Source: Fonticula alba ATCC 38817 (Eukaryota; Protista; Nucleariida). Taken from it: a DNA stretch of 23,540 nucleotides. The notes beneath the pieces were generated by a model, which worked only from the letters and a program-made list of their open reading frames with translations, was not told the origin of the DNA and ran no database searches. A program made the translations under genes and the position numbers. Shown here one piece after another: positions 19,901-23,540 of this stretch (position 1 is the stretch's first letter; the number at the start of each line of letters is the position of its first letter). The stretch lies in assembly GCA_000388065.2 (NCBI GenBank), contig KB932205.1; one strand, 5' to 3'.

Positions 19901-21180
19901 GCCGTCCCCTGCGGGCCATCTACTCGGCCAACCTGCTGTCCCCGCTGACGCGCTCAACCGTGGCCGAGCGCTTCCTCAACTTCTGTGCGTGCCATGCCGC
20001 CCCCTCTGGGTCTTCCTCCCCTCCTTTCCCCCCCCCCCCCCCAGCACAAAAGGGGAAGAAGAGAGAGGTATCCCACCCCAAACCAAAGAAATAAACAGCA
20101 AAAAAAACCAAAGAGATAATAATTTAACCCACACCAAAACCCTCCCCCCCCCCCCCCCACCCCCCCCCCCCCCCGGCAGGCGTGCTCATCCACACGACTC
20201 TCTTCCTGCTCTTCCACGGAGTTCTCTACATCTCCAACCGGGTGCCGGTCTTCCGAATGATCAGCAACCGGATCCTCCACCTGCCCGGTCTGGACGAGGT
20301 GACCAGCGAGATGGTGGCCCTGCTGTATGGCATCTTCAAGCACCAGCCCTACGAGACATGGCACACCTCGCTCCAAACCTACTCGTATGCCCTGGCCGCG
20401 GTCAACATGGAGGAGACCAAGCACTCCAACAGCGAGATCCTCACCGAGTTGCTGGCCTACTTCTCCATCGGGATCGAGCATGTGCGTGTCGCCGTGCTGC
20501 ATGTGGATCTCCCCGTGTCTCCGCCTCTCTGCCTTTTTGCCCCCCTTTCCACCCCTGTCCCGGGGCACACTTTCTAACATCCCCCCCCCCCCCCCCCCGC
20601 GCGCGCACCCCCTCGCATGCACCACTCCCGCACGCAGCTTGAGGTCCGCGACTTGGTGGAATACCTGCGCTCGCGGGCTCTCTACCTGGCGGCCGTGTAT
20701 CATGGCCCGGAGCAGGTGGCCCGGGTCCGGGCCATTCTCCAAGCCCAGACCCCGCCCGACCAGCAGCTCTTCCGCATGGCCCGGTCGTCGGCCCCATACC
20801 TGGTGTCTTTCATCCTGCGCATCATCATGCTGCTGATGACCAGCGTCAATGCGGCCGTCAGCATGCGCGGCCTGCGTGAGGAGGAGCTGGCCCTGTTCCT
20901 GTCGGATGAGGGCGCCAGCGGTGCCGACGTGGCCACCACTGCCGCCGGGTCCTGCGTCCCGGCCGGGGTGGCGGCCCTCAAGGCGCCCCCTGCGGGGGCC
21001 GACGCCGGTGACCGCGACGGCGGCCCGGCCGAGACGACGACCCCCGCCGCCGCTCACGACGGCGGCGTCGCCGCCAGCACCGTCCCAGACATGGCCATGC
21101 TCGGCTCCTCGGGGACGGCCTCCCCCCTTGCCGAGGGGTGTCCCTCCTCGCCGGCCGCCATCTCCCTCAAGCAGGCCTAG
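16157..21180 (+). CDS. SREBF: SREBP-like membrane-anchored bHLH-ZIP transcription factor; exons 16157-16671, 16872-18910, 19160-19984, 20180-20481, 20638-21180 (~1407 aa)
   Basis: Four GTGCGT...CAG introns (16672-16871, 18911-19159, 19985-20179, 20482-20637) each join the adjacent ORFs in exact phase; the CDS totals 4224 nt. Domain order is disordered N-terminus, bHLH-ZIP, TM1, loop, TM2, helical C-terminal domain. The C-terminal domain has RHRADALVSAG..LELLWGRPL and ALAAVNMEE, resembling SREBP RHRKQADLDLARG..LRALGRPL and ALSALNLAE. Additional 5' exons could lie in or before the gap at 15554-16055. Confidence 0.85.
16924..16962 (+). repeat. (CAG)12CAA encoding polyQ13 in the SREBP-like N-terminus
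   Basis: A perfect CAG run in frame with exon 2 (PPQQQQQQQQQQQQQYQP). Confidence 0.9.
18013..18285 (+). other. bHLH-leucine zipper domain of the SREBP-like protein
   Basis: RLNHNASERRRAHSINDAITRLRQLVP, a loop, then KVTKSDVLHKTCTYVEDLQLDYQELLAHIDRMGREMDRLKAQL. The HNA.E and SIND motifs, the helix-2 K.K..VL.K...Y pattern and the L/L/M/L heptads are all present. Confidence 0.93.
19345..19401 (+). other. Predicted transmembrane helix 1 of the SREBP-like protein
   Basis: YASSVFIFITVFIYLPMVF is a 19-residue uncharged hydrophobic run with a Pro near its end. Confidence 0.8.
19675..19749 (+). other. Predicted transmembrane helix 2 of the SREBP-like protein
   Basis: SLVYSGLVLALKVSVSVVVFRLLLL is hydrophobic and directly precedes the SREBP-like C-terminal domain. 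Confidence 0.7.
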
Positions 21181-21847
21181 CCTGCGCGTGTGCATCCCCC
21201 CCCCCCTGCTACGCATGCGAGACGCGGCTGGCTGGCTGGCTGGCTGGCTGGTGTTCTGCCATCGCGCTCCCCTCCCTCTCCCCCCTCGTCCTTGTGAATG
21301 GGTTGCTCCTCCTCCTTTGTATTCTAATTCCCCTGGAGCCGGGCCCGAAAGTGTGCTCGCGCACGTCCCCCCTCCCCCCCNNNNNNNNNNNNNNNNNNNN
21401 NNNNNNNNNNNNNNNNNNNNNNNNNNNNNNNNNNNNNNNNNNNNNNNNNNNNNNNNNNNNNNNNNNNNNNNNNNNNNNNNNNNNNNNNNNNNNNNNNNNN
21501 NNNNNNNNNNNNNNNNNNNNNNNNNNNNNNNNNNNNNNNNNNNNNNNNNNNNNNNNNNNNNNNNNNNNNNNNNNNNNNNNNNNNNNNNNNNNNNNNNNNN
21601 NNNNNNNNNNNNNNNNNNNNNNNNNNNNNNNNNNNNNNNNNNNNNNNNNNNNNNNNNNNNNNNNNNNNNNNNNNNNNNNNNNNNNNNNNNNNNNNNNNNN
21701 NNNNNNNNNNNNNNNNNNNNNNNNNNNNNNNNNNNNNNNNNNNNNNNNNNNNNNNNNNNNNNNNCACATACACCTACCTGCCCGCCCCCCCCCCCCCCCC
21801 AAGGCCCTCCGCGGCCCCTCCACCAGATAGACAGCCCCTCTCTCCCC

Positions 21848-21867
21848 CTGCCCCCCCCCCCCCGTCT

Positions 21868-21942
<75 letters not shown>

Positions 21943-21948
21943 CCGCCC
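21848..21948. repeat. Long poly(C) tract (G-run on the minus strand)
   Basis: A near-pure C run just after N-gap 21381-21764; its true length is unreliable. Confidence 0.8.
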
Positions 21949-22036
21949 CTCTGTCTATTCCCCTCTCCGCTGCCCTCGGCTTCTCCCCCCCCCCCTGCCC
22001 CGCTCTCCTCTCCGGGCCGAGATCCTCCTCGCAGAC

Positions 22037-22042
22037 AATAAA
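22037..22042 (+). terminator. Candidate polyadenylation signal AATAAA for the SREBP-like gene
   Basis: AATAAA in a short A-rich island between the convergent 3' ends of genes 5 and 6. Confidence 0.3.
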
Positions 22043-22147
22043 CAACACATTTGAATTCGATCGTACACATACACACGCGCACTTGCGCTGTCCTGCCGGC
22101 TCTTTGCCCTCGTCCCTGTCTCCCCCTTTCCTCGGCGGGGGGCCGGG

Positions 22148-23540
22148 TCACTTGCGGCTCTTCTCGAGCTCGGCGGTCGAGGGATTGGGCACGGTCATGG
22201 CGAAGGAGGACGACCGGCCGGAGGAGCCCGGCCCGTCGGATGGCGGCTGGGCCTCCAAGTTCAGCTGGGACAGGGTGACATCGACATTGACTCGAGCCCC
22301 GGTGGGGGCCAGGTGCGAGCCGACTGAGGATGTCCGAGGGCCGGTCCCGGCACCGACGGCGGCCCCGGTGCCAGCGCCAACATGGGGCACAGCATGCTTG
22401 GCTGTGGCCGACAGCATGGACTCCGGCCGGTGATGGCGCTGGTGTAGGGTCCCGCCGGTGCGGCGCGCCCCGCCGTCGATCGAGAGCTCGCCGCTGCTGC
22501 CGCTGCCGGAAAGGGCGCGCGATACGCTGCCCAGCGCCTCCATCTCCTCCAGCGTCAGGGGCCGGAGGCCGGTGTGGCTGGCGGGGTGCTCGCTGGCCGG
22601 GGCGGCCGGGCCGGGGCGCGCCAGGCCGGCGGTCGGGCCGGATGGCGCCAAGTCACCAGGCCGCGGCAGCCCCTCCGAAGAAGGCAGGGGCGAGCTGCTC
22701 CGGTCGCTTGGCCCCCCCCCTCCGGGCGGGACCACGGCGCCGGGCGCCGGGGCCGCGCCCCATGCGGCCGCGCCCTCCTCGGTCGGGCGGCCGATCGCCG
22801 ACGCCGGCACCGGCGGCGACATCATCGCCGATGCTGGGGCCGCCGCGTGGCCCACCTCCGGGGAGTTGAGCAGCGACCCGACCAGCGTCTCTTCCAAGGT
22901 CTGGAGGGACAGCTGCGCCGGGGCTGGCACCGGGGCCGGCTGGCGTCCGTTCAGCACGGCCAGGTCCGGCAGCAGGGTGTCCTGCTCGGCGGGCGGGGAG
23001 GGGGGCGCGCGCGCGGCGGCCCCCCCGGGCAGGGAGTGCATGGCTGGACGCCCGGAGAGCACGGTCAAATCCGCCAGCATGGGACTGCGGCGGGGCTCCG
23101 GGGCGGCGGGCGCGCGCGGGCCGACCGCGGGCCGGTCGCCGGCCGCCGACTTGGGGATCTCCATGGACGAGCGCCAGGACAGGGCTTCGCCGGCTGGCCG
23201 CGGGCTGCCGGGCGACAGGACCGCCGGGGCGGCCATGGGCGTGCCTCCGCCCTTGCTGCCGGCCGGCCCGCCGGCGGCCATGCTAGTGGCTGAGGAGCGC
23301 CAGCTGCCGGGGCCGGTGCGCGTGGGGCTGGCTGGAGGGGTGAGCCGGTTGCCGGCCCGGGGCCCGGGGGGGGGCCCGCCATGTGGCCGAGCTGCAGCAG
23401 CTCCTGCGCCGGTGGCCCCGCCGTTGGCGGTAGGGCTCCGGGGTGGCGGGTCGCGCGCCGGGGACCTGACGCGCGATCCTTCGCCCGGGCGAGTGGGCGA
23501 CGCTGGCACCGAGGGGGGCGCGCCGGCGCGGCGCAGGTGC
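22148..23540 (-). CDS. C-terminal exon of a Pro/Ala/Gly/Ser-rich, largely disordered protein (5'-truncated)
   Basis: The frame is open from the window end to TGA at 22150-22148. It contains protein-like islands (LSLQTLEETLVGSLLNSPEV, LRPLTLEEMEAL, NVDVTLSQLNLE). The 23509 start in the ORF track is an internal GTG. No domain was recognised. Confidence 0.7.
   Translation of the reverse strand, partial: HLRRAGAPPSVPASPTRPGEGSRVRSPARDPPPRSPTANGGATGAGAAAARPHGGPPPGPRAGNRLTPPASPTRTGPGSWRSSATSMAAGGPAGSKGGGTPMAAPAVLSPGSPRPAGEALSWRSSMEIPKSAAGDRPAVGPRAPAAPEPRRSPMLADLTVLSGRPAMHSLPGGAAARAPPSPPAEQDTLLPDLAVLNGRQPAPVPAPAQLSLQTLEETLVGSLLNSPEVGHAAAPASAMMSPPVPASAIGRPTEEGAAAWGAAPAPGAVVPPGGGGPSDRSSSPLPSSEGLPRPGDLAPSGPTAGLARPGPAAPASEHPASHTGLRPLTLEEMEALGSVSRALSGSGSSGELSIDGGARRTGGTLHQRHHRPESMLSATAKHAVPHVGAGTGAAVGAGTGPRTSSVGSHLAPTGARVNVDVTLSQLNLEAQPPSDGPGSSGRSSSFAMTVPNPSTAELEKSRK

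Noticed and set aside
20180-20865. Extra hydrophobic stretches (CVLIHTTLFLLFHGVLYI; YLVSFILRIIMLLMTSV) as additional TM helices
   Set aside because: They contain His/Arg and fall in the region aligning to the soluble helical SREBP C-terminal domain. They are more likely buried helices, though a topology predictor should confirm.
5725-22054. ORFs containing long X runs
   Set aside because: They are artefacts of translating through N-gaps.
4467-23382. Many long overlapping ORFs (e.g. 7588-9774 -, 8339-10702 -, 9951-11582 -, 16741-18873 -, 22574-23293 +)
   Set aside because: They are Arg/Pro/Gly-rich antisense or off-frame shadows of real exons, expected from stop-codon scarcity at high GC, and contain no domain motifs.

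Overview
Eukaryotic, very GC-rich draft genomic DNA with four N-gaps (6324-6783, 14158-14438, 15554-16055, 21381-21764) and short GT-AG introns rich in CA/GT/CT microsatellites. Gene content and style suggest a unicellular opisthokont. A Fonticula-like protist is my best guess, but this is inference only. I reconstructed spliced models by hand, checking donor/acceptor phase. Six protein-coding genes are supported: (1) 5'-truncated V-ATPase V0 subunit d (+, 1-1590); (2) an orphan protein (-, ~2263-3260); (3) a stand-alone bacterial-type Trbp111/CsaA/MetG-C-like tRNA-binding OB-fold protein with a mitochondrial-like presequence (-, 3742-4564); (4) a Gemin5 homologue (+, 5068-12016, 7 exons, ~1733 aa); (5) a ~1407-aa SREBP-like membrane-tethered bHLH-ZIP factor (+, 16157-21180, 5 exons); (6) a 5'-truncated low-complexity protein (-, 22148 to the window end). 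Gene 5 is invisible in the ORF track, where it appears as five unrelated ORFs. It has bHLH-ZIP, two TM segments and an SREBP-like C-terminal domain, but its basic helix reads ERRRA rather than the SREBP signature EKRYR. No RNA genes, CRISPR arrays or mobile elements were recognised. Homology calls rest on motif comparison with family sequences recalled from memory, not on database searches.
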